Virus genome (UHGV): UHGV-0191121
Strand: one strand, 5' to 3'
DNA length: 43,248 nt
Source of the DNA: a virus
Under the pieces are notes generated by a model, which saw only the letters and a program-made list of their open reading frames with translations, was not told the origin of the DNA and made no database searches. Both the position numbers and the translations under genes were made by a program. Below, in pieces: positions 17,101-26,655 of this stretch (position 1 is the stretch's first letter; each line of letters begins with the position of its first letter).

Positions 17101-17502
17101 GTGTATTCAAAAGCATCTATATTAAACATGATTGATGGATATAAAATGAATTGTAATATCCTAGAAGATGTAGTTCCTGAATGCGACAGTAATTCTATAG
17201 CGCAATATGGGATACAAGCTACGTTACCTAAACCACAAGGAGAAAACGGCAGTAAAGTTGAAGATGTAGTAATTAGATTAGAAAGAACAAATAAAAGATA
17301 CGCACAAATGTTAAAAGAAGTTGAGTTCATCAATCAATCTCAACAAAAATTAGGGCATGTTGATTTTTGTTTTCTAGAACACCTCAAGAAAGGCAGACGT
17401 AGAGATAAGATAATAGAAAAGATGCCTAATGCTAAATTGAATAGAAATAATTTTTTAGCACGCAAAGATGAGTTAGCAGAAAAGATTTATTTATTGCAAT
17501 GA
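17101..17502 (+). CDS. ArpU/RinA-superfamily late-gene transcriptional activator (LtrC-like)
   Basis: 133 aa. Located directly upstream of terS, as for rinA/ltrC in staphylococcal phages. The C-terminal basic helix region (KKGRRRDKIIEKMPNAKLNRNNFLARKDELAEKI) resembles a sigma-70 region-4-like HTH. GTG start with GGAGGG RBS. Confidence 0.5.
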   Translation: MYSKASILNMIDGYKMNCNILEDVVPECDSNSIAQYGIQATLPKPQGENGSKVEDVVIRLERTNKRYAQMLKEVEFINQSQQKLGHVDFCFLEHLKKGRRRDKIIEKMPNAKLNRNNFLARKDELAEKIYLLQ

Positions 17503-17971
17503 CAATAATGACGAAAATGACCGAAATGACAGTATTTTTCAAAGGATATATAAATTTTATATAATGAGTGTGTAAGAATTACCTCACAAGACATAGTGCT
17601 TATCCTTTCGCACTATGGTGAGGTATTCAATATCGAAGTGATTGGATAAGTGTTTATCGTCTTTAATTAGACGTTGCGCATCCGATTGCTTAACTATCCG
17701 TCGGAGTGGCGGGTAGTTTTATTGAATCTTACAACACGGCTTCCGATAAGTTGGTATGAATACTTGACATTTAATTTTCCTCCCCTTTACATAGTTATCC
17801 GTGAGAACACACGGGTAACTTATTTTTATGTATTGATGTGACATAGAGGTGTGACATGAGTACATAAACTCAAATAAATAACAAAACATAATCATTAGGC
17901 ACTGTTTACGCAGTGTCTTTTTTATACGTCAAACAAAGGTGTTTAACCGTGAGAGTAGGTGGTAATATACG
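17503..17971 (+). promoter_or_regulatory. Long structured leader upstream of terS: candidate late promoter, hairpins, direct repeats and an intrinsic terminator
   Basis: 470 bp with no ORF of 60 aa or more. 16-bp hairpin at 17580-17625. TTGACA (17764-17769) with a poor -10 at the 17-bp spacing. TGTGACAT x2 (17837-17857). Terminator at 17898-17925. Confidence 0.5.
17898..17925 (+). terminator. Intrinsic terminator 47 nt upstream of the terS start
   Basis: ggcactg-tttacg-cagtgtc stem (7 bp, one G-U) followed by TTTTTTAT. Confidence 0.55.
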
Positions 17972-18406
17972 ATGACGAAACTGAACCTTAAACAACAAAC
18001 ATTTGTTGATGAGTACATTAAGACAGGTACTGCTTATCAATCGGCAATCAAGGCTGGTTATAGTGAGAAATACGCAAAATCAAGTAGTCATAAATTGTTG
18101 GAAAATGTTGGAATAAAAGCAGAGATAGACAAACGAATGGAAAAACTGAAAAAAGATGCAATTGCAGACCAAGACGAAATACTTCAATATCTCACTTCTG
18201 TATTACGTGGGGAAATAACAGACCAAGAACTCATACCGATTGGAATTGGTAGAGGAGAAATGGAAGTAGAGTCTTTGGAAAAACGATCAGATACTAACGC
18301 TAGAACGAAAGCTGCAGAATTATTAGGTAAACGATATATGATGTGGACAGACAAGCAACAAATCGAAACAACTGCGACGGTACAGTTCAATGACGATATC
18401 GATTAA
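17972..18406 (+). CDS. terS: Terminase small subunit (Terminase_2-type)
   Basis: N-terminal LKQQTFVDEYIKTGTAYQSAIKAGYSEKYAKSSSHKLL HTH-like DNA-binding motif typical of TerS. Directly precedes and overlaps terL. Confidence 0.85.
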   Translation: MTKLNLKQQTFVDEYIKTGTAYQSAIKAGYSEKYAKSSSHKLLENVGIKAEIDKRMEKLKKDAIADQDEILQYLTSVLRGEITDQELIPIGIGRGEMEVESLEKRSDTNARTKAAELLGKRYMMWTDKQQIETTATVQFNDDID

Positions 18407-19655
18407 TCTATCCGAACTGTTACCTAAACACTTTCATAGCTTGTGGAAAGCGACTAAAGATAGAGAGAAGCTGAACATAGTAGCTAAAGGCGGACGTGGT
18501 AGTGGTAAGTCGTCTGACATATCTATCATCATTACACAGTTAATCATGCGTTATCCTATGAATGCAGTTGTAGTACGTAAGACAGACAATACATTAGCTA
18601 CATCAGTATTTGAGCAAATTAAGTGGGCGATAGAAGAACAAAAGGTGTCGCACCTGTTCAAAGTTAAAGTGTCGCCAATGGAAATCACGTATGTTCCTAG
18701 AGGGAATCGAATTATCTTTAGAGGGGCGCAGAACCCTGAACGGTTAAAGTCGTTAAAAGATAGTCGGTTCCCTTTTTCTATCATGTGGATAGAGGAATTA
18801 GCAGAATTTAAAACAGAAGATGAAGTCACTACAATCACTAACTCTATGTTACGTGGTGAATTAGATGACGGATTATTCTACAAGTTTTTCTTTAGTTATA
18901 ACCCACCTAAACGAAAACAGTCGTGGGTGAATAAAAAATATGAAACCTCATTCCAACCGAATAACACGTTCGTACATCATTCAACGTACTTAAACAACCC
19001 TTTTATATCTAAACAGTTTATACAAGAGGCAGAGAGTGCGAGAGAACGTAACGAACAACGTTATCGTTGGGAATATATGGGTGAAGCGATTGGTAGTGGT
19101 GTCGTACCGTTTAATAACTTGCAAATAGAGAAGATACCTGACGAGTTGTATAAGAGCTTCGATAATATACGTAATGCAGTTGACTTTGGTTATGCTACTG
19201 ATCCGTTAGCTTTTGTACGTTGGCACTATGATAAGAAGAAACGTATTATCTACGCAGTTGATGAACACTATGGTGTACAAATAAGCAATAGAGAGTTTGC
19301 TAACTGGTTAAAACGTAGAGGTTATCAATCTGATGAGATATACGCAGATAGCGCTGAACCGAAATCAATCGCAGAACTAAAACAAGAACATGGTATTAAG
19401 CGTGTTAAAGGTGTTAAGAAAGGACCAGACAGTGTAGAACACGGGGAACAATGGCTAGATGATTTAACTGCTATTGTGATAGATCCTAACAGAACGCCTA
19501 ACATAGCAAGAGAATTTGAGAATATCGACTATGAAACTGATAAAGACGGTAACGTTAAACCGAGATTAGAAGATAAAGACAACCATACGATAGACGCCAC
19601 TAGATACGCCCTAGAGCGTGACATGAGGCAGAATAAACTTAGCATACTTACGTAA
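18390..19655 (+). CDS. terL: Terminase large subunit (ATPase + RNaseH-like nuclease)
   Basis: Walker A GGRGSGKS, Walker B MWIEE. C-terminal nuclease acidic residues (DxxxD...D). Confidence 0.9.
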   Translation: MTISINLSELLPKHFHSLWKATKDREKLNIVAKGGRGSGKSSDISIIITQLIMRYPMNAVVVRKTDNTLATSVFEQIKWAIEEQKVSHLFKVKVSPMEITYVPRGNRIIFRGAQNPERLKSLKDSRFPFSIMWIEELAEFKTEDEVTTITNSMLRGELDDGLFYKFFFSYNPPKRKQSWVNKKYETSFQPNNTFVHHSTYLNNPFISKQFIQEAESARERNEQRYRWEYMGEAIGSGVVPFNNLQIEKIPDELYKSFDNIRNAVDFGYATDPLAFVRWHYDKKKRIIYAVDEHYGVQISNREFANWLKRRGYQSDEIYADSAEPKSIAELKQEHGIKRVKGVKKGPDSVEHGEQWLDDLTAIVIDPNRTPNIAREFENIDYETDKDGNVKPRLEDKDNHTIDATRYALERDMRQNKLSILT

Positions 19656-19660
19656 ACGAG

Positions 19661-21097
19661 GTGATTAGCATTAACTGGCCATGGGATAAACCATATCACG
19701 AACAAGTGGTAGAACAGATTAAACCGAAGTATGAAACGCAAGAAGAAATGATATTGCGCTTAGTTAGAGAGCATAAAGAGAACATAGACAATATCACAAT
19801 GGGCGAAAGATATTATAATCATCATCCAGATATACTAGACGCTCCTCCCAAAAGAGATGTGAACGGTGACTATGATGAAACTAAACCAGACTGGCGCATG
19901 TACACAAACTATCATCAAAACTTAGTAGACCAGAAAGTAGCTTATGCAGTAGCTAATCCAGTGACATTTGGTGTAGATAACGACAAAGCGTTAAAACAAA
20001 TACAACATACACTTAATCACAAGTGGGATGACAAGTTAGTAGATATATTAACTGCTGCAAGTAACAAAGGTATCGAATGGGTTCAACCTTATGTAGATGA
20101 AGAGGGAGAATTTAAAACGTTTCGTGTGCCTGCAGAACAAGCTATTCCTATTTGGACTAATAAAGAAAGAGATGAACTACAAGCATTTATCCGTGTGTAT
20201 GAATTAGACGGAGCAGAACGTGTTGAATATTGGACTGAAGATGATGTAACGTTCTATGAATTGAAAGAAGGGCAACTTATTCCTGATTTCTATCGTAGTG
20301 ATGATCATATACAACCTCATTATTATCAAGGTAATAAATTGATGAGTTGGGGACGTGTTCCTTTTATTCCGTTCAAGAACAACCCACAAGAAGTATCTGA
20401 CCTATTCATGTACAAAACAATCATAGATGCGTTAGATAAGCGATTATCTGATACACAAAACACTTTTGACGAATCAGTAGAGCTAATCTATATCTTAAAA
20501 GGTTATGAAGGTGAAGATATGAAAGACTTCATGCATAACCTTAAATACTACAAAGCAATTAGTGTTGCAGGGGAAAGTGGTTCAGGTGTAGATACTATCA
20601 AAGTTGAAGTACCTATCGACTCTGTTAAGGAATACACGAAGATGTTACGTGATTACATTATAGAGTTTGGGCAAGGCGTAGACTTCCAACAAGATAAGTT
20701 TGGTAATAGCCCTAGTGGTATTGCACTTAAGTTTATGTACAGTAACTTAGACTTAAAAGCTAATAAATTGAAGAACAAAACACTTACTGCGTTACAAGAA
20801 TTATTGCAGTACATTATCGATTTCTACAGATTAGATGTGAAAGTGCAAGACATCGAGATTACGTTCAACTTCAATGTAATGGTTAATGAGTTAGAAAACT
20901 CTCAAATTGCTATGAATTCTACAGGGTTATTATCTAAAGAGACTGTTCTTTCTAATCATGCTTGGGTTGAAGATCCTGTAGCTGAAATGGAAAGAATAGA
21001 ACAAGAAAACATAGAACTCAACCAACAACTCCCTAACATTGAGGAGGGATTGAATGACGAGCAACAAAGACAATCCGAAAATAACCAACCAGAATGA
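19661..21097 (+). CDS. Portal protein (SPP1 gp6-like)
   Basis: 478 aa. Follows terL. Acidic C-terminus. GTG start. Confidence 0.85.
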   Translation: MISINWPWDKPYHEQVVEQIKPKYETQEEMILRLVREHKENIDNITMGERYYNHHPDILDAPPKRDVNGDYDETKPDWRMYTNYHQNLVDQKVAYAVANPVTFGVDNDKALKQIQHTLNHKWDDKLVDILTAASNKGIEWVQPYVDEEGEFKTFRVPAEQAIPIWTNKERDELQAFIRVYELDGAERVEYWTEDDVTFYELKEGQLIPDFYRSDDHIQPHYYQGNKLMSWGRVPFIPFKNNPQEVSDLFMYKTIIDALDKRLSDTQNTFDESVELIYILKGYEGEDMKDFMHNLKYYKAISVAGESGSGVDTIKVEVPIDSVKEYTKMLRDYIIEFGQGVDFQQDKFGNSPSGIALKFMYSNLDLKANKLKNKTLTALQELLQYIIDFYRLDVKVQDIEITFNFNVMVNELENSQIAMNSTGLLSKETVLSNHAWVEDPVAEMERIEQENIELNQQLPNIEEGLNDEQQRQSENNQPE

Positions 21098-22007
21098 CAT
21101 CGACAATTACATCGACAAACTGATTAATCAAGCTGATAAAGAAATAGAAACTCTATTCGCTAAACGTTTGAAAGAAATCAAACAGATTATTGCAAATATG
21201 TATGAAAAATATGATAGAGATGAACCACAAGTGACGTGGACTGAATTCAATAAATACAACAGGCTCAACAAAGAACTTAATCGTATAGGCCAAATGTTGT
21301 CACAAGACTACAGAGAAGTCGCTAAGGCTATCAAACAGTCGCAACAGAACATCTATATCGAAAAGTACATGATGAGCTTATTTTTGTATGAAGTAGCAAG
21401 TCAAACACCTATGAACTTTGATATACCAACCACACAAACGATACAGACAGCTATAGAACAACCTATTGAGTTTATTAAGTTAGTGCCTACACTACAGAAA
21501 CATCGTGACGATACATTGAAGCGTATTCGTATGCATATCACACAAGGCATTATGAGTGGCGAGGGCTATTCTAAGATAGCTAAAGCGTTAAGAGATGACT
21601 TAGGAATGGCAAAGGCACAATCAGTAAGAGTAGCACGTACAGAAACAGGACGTGCATTGTCACAAGCTGGATTAGATAGCGCAATGGTAGCTAAAGATAA
21701 CGGACTTGATATGAAAAAACGTTGGTATGCTACTAAAGATACACGCACACGTGATACACACAGACACTTAGATGGTACTTCAGTCGATATTGAAGATAAC
21801 TTTCATTCTAGTGGTTGTGTAGGTCCTGCACCTAAGTTGTTTGTAGGTGTAGCTAGTGCAAAAGAGAACATCAATTGTCGTTGTAAGCTTCTTTATTACA
21901 TAGACGAAGATGAATTACCAACAACGATGAGAACTAAAGAAGATGGCGCTATTCCATTTACTACATATCGTGAATGGGAGAAAGATAAACGGAAAGGTGG
22001 TGTTTGA
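21054..22007 (+). CDS. Minor head protein (Mu gpF / SPP1 gp7-like head morphogenesis)
   Basis: 317 aa after the portal. Conserved MxxxQxxxxARTExxRA-like segment (AQSVRVARTETGRALSQAG). Cys pair near the C-terminus. Confidence 0.75.
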   Translation: MTSNKDNPKITNQNDIDNYIDKLINQADKEIETLFAKRLKEIKQIIANMYEKYDRDEPQVTWTEFNKYNRLNKELNRIGQMLSQDYREVAKAIKQSQQNIYIEKYMMSLFLYEVASQTPMNFDIPTTQTIQTAIEQPIEFIKLVPTLQKHRDDTLKRIRMHITQGIMSGEGYSKIAKALRDDLGMAKAQSVRVARTETGRALSQAGLDSAMVAKDNGLDMKKRWYATKDTRTRDTHRHLDGTSVDIEDNFHSSGCVGPAPKLFVGVASAKENINCRCKLLYYIDEDELPTTMRTKEDGAIPFTTYREWEKDKRKGGV

Positions 22008-22216
22008 TTATGGAATTTAATGTGAAGGTTAATGTTGATGCTGATGAAGCAATTGAGAAATTAGAGCGTATCAAAAAACTATACGAAGAAATTAATCAAT
22101 TAAAGAATGATAGACCAGTTGTAAAAGTAGGAATAAGCAATGAAGCCGATGTAGAACAAATTAGAAGTTATATCAATGAGAAAAATGTTGAAAATGCAAA
22201 CTTTAACTTATTCTAG
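22004..22216 (+). CDS. Small hypothetical head-module protein
   Basis: 70 aa ORF coupled to the upstream gene. Confidence 0.4.
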   Translation: MIMEFNVKVNVDADEAIEKLERIKKLYEEINQLKNDRPVVKVGISNEADVEQIRSYINEKNVENANFNLF

Positions 22217-22248
22217 CTAACACTTAATTGTGTTGGCTATTTTTTATG
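22216..22248 (+). terminator. Intrinsic terminator within the late operon (after the head-morphogenesis genes)
   Basis: ctaacac-ttaatt-gtgttgg stem followed by ctatttttta. Confidence 0.5.
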
Positions 22249-22331
22249 CCCAAATCATGCTCAAGGCGTTAAAAGGTGCAAACTCATGGTGGAAAAGACC
22301 ACCGTAATAAAAAATGTGAGGAGTAGTAATA

Positions 22332-22928
22332 ATGAAAAGAGAATTTTTACGTGGTTTAGGTGTCGAAGAAGATGCTATTCAAAAGATTATCGACGAACAT
22401 CATGAAGGTTTGCAATCTTATAAAGAAAAAGTAGAGAAAGTTGACTCACTAAAAGAACAGTTGGAAACTGCTAACGAAGAAATTAAAAATCGTGATAATC
22501 AAATCGAAGAACTCAAAAACAATGTTGGCGATAACGATGAACTTAAACAAGAGTTAGAGAAATATAAAGAACAAAACGCCAACTACGATCAAAAACTCAA
22601 AGATGTTCAGTTGAACAAAGCTATCGAAGTATCTTTAGCTAAAGAGAAAGCAATTAAACCTGAACAAGTAATCAAACTAATCGATAAAGATAATTTAGAA
22701 GTTGATGACAATGGAAATGTCAAAGGATTAGACGATTACATGAGTGAGTTCAAAAAAGAGAATGAGCATTTGTTTGAACAATCTAAACCAAGTGGACGCA
22801 CACCAGATGACGGTAAAAACGTAAATGGTGGGATTACACAAGAAGAATTTAACAATATGAGTGTCGCAGAGAGAACTAATCTATTCGTTAACGATAGAAA
22901 AACTTACGACACTCTAATAAACAATTAG
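22332..22928 (+). CDS. Scaffolding protein
   Basis: 198 aa, highly charged and coiled-coil. Immediately upstream of the major capsid gene. Confidence 0.7.
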   Translation: MKREFLRGLGVEEDAIQKIIDEHHEGLQSYKEKVEKVDSLKEQLETANEEIKNRDNQIEELKNNVGDNDELKQELEKYKEQNANYDQKLKDVQLNKAIEVSLAKEKAIKPEQVIKLIDKDNLEVDDNGNVKGLDDYMSEFKKENEHLFEQSKPSGRTPDDGKNVNGGITQEEFNNMSVAERTNLFVNDRKTYDTLINN

Positions 22929-22945
22929 AAAAGAGGTAATAACAT

Positions 22946-23776
22946 ATGGCACAAGGAACAACAACTAAAAGTACACAAATCGTTCCAGAAGTATTAAAAC
23001 CTATGATGCAAGCAGAATTAGATAAGAAATTGAGATTTGCACAATTTGCAGACATTGACAGTACATTAGTAGGACAACCAGGCGACACTTTAACTTTCCC
23101 TGCATTTGTTTACAGTGGTGACGCTACAGTAGTACCTGAAGGACAAAAAATTCCTGTAGACAAAATTGAAACTAACAGACGTGAAGCTAAAATCCATAAA
23201 ATCGGTAAAGGTACTGATATTACTGACGAAGCTTTATTGTCTGGTTATGGTGATCCTCAAGGCGAAGCAGTACGTCAACATGGATTAGCTATTGCTAACA
23301 AAGTAGATAATGACGTATTAGAAGCTTTACGAGGTACTAAATTAACTGTAAGTGCAGATATTGGCACATTAGCAGGTTTAGAAGCTGCTATCGATACATT
23401 CGATGACGAAGATTTAGAACCAATGGTATTATTCATTAACCCTAAAGACGCTGGTAAGTTACGCTCTAGTGCTTCTGCAAACTTCACTCGTGCAACCGAA
23501 TTAGGCGACAACATTATCGTTAAAGGTGCATTTGGCGAAGCTTTAGGAGCTGTTATTGTACGTTCTAAGAAATTAGATGAGGGCGAAGCTATTTTAGCTA
23601 AACGTGGTGCAGTTAAACTTATCACTAAACGTGATTTCTTCCTAGAAACTGACCGTGATCCTTCAACTAAAACAACTGCTCTATACAGTGATAAACACTA
23701 TGTAGCATACTTATATGACGAATCTAAAGCAGTTAAGGTAACTAAAGGCGCAGGAACTACAGACTCAGGTGCATAA
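22946..23776 (+). CDS. Major capsid protein
   Basis: 276 aa. Position after the scaffold. Strong RBS AAGAGG. Confidence 0.8.
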   Translation: MAQGTTTKSTQIVPEVLKPMMQAELDKKLRFAQFADIDSTLVGQPGDTLTFPAFVYSGDATVVPEGQKIPVDKIETNRREAKIHKIGKGTDITDEALLSGYGDPQGEAVRQHGLAIANKVDNDVLEALRGTKLTVSADIGTLAGLEAAIDTFDDEDLEPMVLFINPKDAGKLRSSASANFTRATELGDNIIVKGAFGEALGAVIVRSKKLDEGEAILAKRGAVKLITKRDFFLETDRDPSTKTTALYSDKHYVAYLYDESKAVKVTKGAGTTDSGA

Positions 23777-23792
23777 AAGGAGGTAGTGACGT

Positions 23793-24083
23793 ATGTATAA
23801 AGTAATCGAATATTTCGAAGACTTACAAGATGACAACTACGAGTATAACGTAGGAAAAACGTTCCCTCGTAAAGGTTTAAATGTAAGTGATGAGCGATTA
23901 ACTGAACTATCCACAAAAGAAAACCGTCAGAATAAGCCTCTTATTGAACGTGTAGAGAGCGATAAAGACTTAAAAAGTATGAAAGTATCAGAATTAAGAG
24001 AACTCGCTAAAGAACGTGAAATAGAGGGCTTTTCTAGTATGAAAAAAGATGAACTCATTGAAGCATTAGGAAGTGTTGAGTAA
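23793..24083 (+). CDS. Small head protein with Rho-N-like domain
   Basis: C-terminal LKSMKVSELRELAKEREIEGFSSMKKDELIEAL resembles the Rho termination factor N-terminal / SAP motif. Confidence 0.5.
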   Translation: MYKVIEYFEDLQDDNYEYNVGKTFPRKGLNVSDERLTELSTKENRQNKPLIERVESDKDLKSMKVSELRELAKEREIEGFSSMKKDELIEALGSVE

Positions 24084-24397
24084 TGAACGCACAAGACGTT
24101 AAATTATTAAACAATCTCTCGCTCGATGATACTTCAAATGACGAAACAATCGAATTACTTATTGAAAAGTATCTGAATGTAGCTGAAGAATATTGTAATC
24201 AAACATTCAATAGGAAGTCATTACCTAGTAATGTAGAGAAATTCATTGCTAACTGTATTAAACAAGGTACGACTAGCAATATTTCTTCACGTACTATGGG
24301 TACTGTGAGCTACACTTTCGTTACTGATCTACCTAAGGAAACATACGGTTGCCTTAAACCATTTAGACGCTTACGTTGGACTGGTTATCATGTTTAA
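24083..24397 (+). CDS. Head-tail connector (gp6-like)
   Basis: 104 aa, position and size. Confidence 0.55.
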   Translation: MNAQDVKLLNNLSLDDTSNDETIELLIEKYLNVAEEYCNQTFNRKSLPSNVEKFIANCIKQGTTSNISSRTMGTVSYTFVTDLPKETYGCLKPFRRLRWTGYHV

Positions 24398-24719
24398 TCC
24401 ATTAAATGAGTTTCCTCATACAATCGAATTAGGCTCAAGAGAGGTTGTAGGAGAGTATCCACGTGAACAAGAGCGCTTTAAGAGCGAAAAAACAATACAA
24501 GGATTTATGGATACGCCTACTTCATCTGAACAACTCAAGTTTCATCAAATGAACCAATCATACGACAGAAACCTATATACGCCGTACAGCCTGCCAATAA
24601 CTAACACAAACTTATTTAAATACAACGGTAAAACTTACGAAGTAGTAGGAGAACCTGTCGACCAAGGCGGGCAACAAGAAATCAACTTAACAAGATTGAG
24701 AGAATGTCCTATTGGCTAA
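24390..24719 (+). CDS. Head closure / head-tail adaptor protein
   Basis: 109 aa, position and size. Confidence 0.5.
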   Translation: MFNPLNEFPHTIELGSREVVGEYPREQERFKSEKTIQGFMDTPTSSEQLKFHQMNQSYDRNLYTPYSLPITNTNLFKYNGKTYEVVGEPVDQGGQQEINLTRLRECPIG

Positions 24720-25125
24720 GGTTAAATACGGAAATTGGGATTTAGTTAAGGAGCTTGAGGAGTTCGAAAAAGAAACGATTAGATGGGCTAAAAAAGGTAT
24801 AGCCAAGACAACAACTATTATTCACAATTCAATAGTTAGTAACATGCCTGTTGACACCGGTTATCTTAGAGAAAGTGTTTCTATGGACTTTAAGAAGGGC
24901 GGATTAACAGGCGTTATTAATATCGGCAGTGAGTACGCAGTTTACGTCAACTACGGTACAGGGATATACGCAGTCGGTCCGGGTGGTAGTCGTGCAAAGA
25001 ATATCCCGTGGCGTTACAAAGACGCAGACGGACATTGGCACACAACTAAAGGGCAACATGCACAACCCTTTTGGGAACCAGCAATTGATGAAGGTAGAGC
25101 GTTTTTCAACAAGTATTTTTCATAA
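24712..25125 (+). CDS. HK97 gp10-like head-tail joining protein
   Basis: 137 aa, TTG start overlapping the upstream stop. Position. Confidence 0.5.
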   Translation: MAKVKYGNWDLVKELEEFEKETIRWAKKGIAKTTTIIHNSIVSNMPVDTGYLRESVSMDFKKGGLTGVINIGSEYAVYVNYGTGIYAVGPGGSRAKNIPWRYKDADGHWHTTKGQHAQPFWEPAIDEGRAFFNKYFS

Positions 25126-25137
25126 GGTGGTTAAGAT

Positions 25138-25575
25138 ATGTGGGTATCAGTAGAACGGTATCTGTTTAACAAGATATATAACAAATTAAAGAGCAACCCT
25201 ATCGTCAGTAAACAACTAGGCGGTAGGGTTTTTGATTGCGTTCAAAAAGACGCTGTTTACCCATATATCGTTGTGGGTGAAACAAACGTCACTAATAAAG
25301 AAACGACAACGAGTATGTTTGAAGATGTTGGCGTAACCTTACACGTGTATAGTCAAGCGAGAAATCGTGATGAAGCAGCGCAAATTATTCAGTTTTTAGG
25401 TCATGTACTTAATACTGAATTTGAAATCGAACATTACTCATTCATTAAAAGTCGGATTGATACACAAGAAGTGATAACTGACATAGATCAGTACACGAAA
25501 CACGGTATCATCCGGCTTGTTTTTAAATACAGACACAATACTTTACAAAGGAGTGTAACGAATAGTGCAGAATAA
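25138..25575 (+). CDS. Tail completion protein (gp11-like)
   Basis: 145 aa, position. Confidence 0.5.
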   Translation: MWVSVERYLFNKIYNKLKSNPIVSKQLGGRVFDCVQKDAVYPYIVVGETNVTNKETTTSMFEDVGVTLHVYSQARNRDEAAQIIQFLGHVLNTEFEIEHYSFIKSRIDTQEVITDIDQYTKHGIIRLVFKYRHNTLQRSVTNSAE

Positions 25576-26101
25576 ATACATTGCAGCGTTACAAATCGCT
25601 GACAAAGATTTAGCAAGCAAGCTGAAAGAAGAAGATGCTATTCTGTTAGCTAGTTTAGCTGAAGGTGGACACACAATCAGTAATGACTTAGCTGAAATGA
25701 TTACAGGTGGCAAAAAAGACTACGGTCGTAACTCTGTAGAAGAAGAAATCAAGTTAACTGTTGACCGTGTTCCTGGCGACAAAGGTCAAGAAGCTTTAAA
25801 AGAGTCAGTTAAAAACTTCAAGCAGTTACGTTTATGGATTTGGGAAGTTAAGAAACGTGACGGTAAACATCACGGTACTTTCGCTTATGTAATTGTAGAA
25901 GAGCACGAATGGTCATTTGATGATGAGGATGACAAAATCGAAATCACTGCAAAAGTTAAATTTAACAGTGCAGACGGTTCTGTTGATTCATTACCACCAG
26001 AATGGCTCAACCCTAGTGCTGCTGCTCCTACAGTTGAATGGGAAGATATGGGAGCTTATACAGACTCATATGAAAATCGTACACCTAGTGCTGGTGCATA
26101 A
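25565..26101 (+). CDS. Major tail protein
   Basis: 178 aa, GTG start. Immediately upstream of the chaperone pair and tape measure. Confidence 0.7.
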   Translation: MQNKYIAALQIADKDLASKLKEEDAILLASLAEGGHTISNDLAEMITGGKKDYGRNSVEEEIKLTVDRVPGDKGQEALKESVKNFKQLRLWIWEVKKRDGKHHGTFAYVIVEEHEWSFDDEDDKIEITAKVKFNSADGSVDSLPPEWLNPSAAAPTVEWEDMGAYTDSYENRTPSAGA

Positions 26102-26160
26102 CTTTACGAGGGCATTAAGCCCTCTATTTTTTTGTAAAAATAACAGAAAGAGGTTAAAGA

Positions 26161-26655
26161 ATGACTGAAAATACAATCAACCCTATTACTGAATTAGAAA
26201 TCAACGGAGAAGAAGTAGAAGCAAAAGCTACTTTCTTATTTGATAAAGCGGCCAAGAAATTCGCTAAAGACGAGCAAGATGAAAATGGTAAAACTACTAA
26301 AGTATCTGGTTTTAATGCTATTTATAACGGTATTTTAGAACGTGATCCAATCGCAATTGCAGACTTTTGGGAATGTGCAACGGCTTATTTAGGTAAAAAT
26401 GCACCTAAACGTGAAGATATCGAACAAACACTAATGGAAATTATCGATGAAAAACAAGACTCTATCGAATTGTTACAAGGTGCATTGCAAGTTTTAAATC
26501 ATAGTGGTTTTTTCAAGCAGAAATCACGTCTATTCTGGACACAAATGAACTCGGCTCCATCTATGGTCAAAGAAGAAGAGAAAGAGTCTACGAAGAACGG
26601 TATCGAGTTCATGAAGAACAATTACAAAGAAATCATGGGCGAGCTACCTTACTAG
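26161..26655 (+). CDS. Tail assembly chaperone (gpG-like)
   Basis: 164 aa, acidic. Precedes the tape measure. Contains the slippery heptamer T_TTT_TTC at 26508-26514. Confidence 0.65.
   Translation: MTENTINPITELEINGEEVEAKATFLFDKAAKKFAKDEQDENGKTTKVSGFNAIYNGILERDPIAIADFWECATAYLGKNAPKREDIEQTLMEIIDEKQDSIELLQGALQVLNHSGFFKQKSRLFWTQMNSAPSMVKEEEKESTKNGIEFMKNNYKEIMGELPY

Noticed and set aside
17503-17971. Possibility that the long gap is a group I intron or a decayed HNH gene (a common neighbour of terS in cos phages)
   Set aside because: No P/Q/R/S-like conserved intron elements. No flanking split gene. No residual HNH-like reading frame. TerS here is the Terminase_2 (pac-type) kind.
24929-25153. 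Alternative-frame 74-aa ORF overlapping the 24712-25125 connector gene
   Set aside because: It is out of frame within a co-directional structural gene and has no independent start signal.
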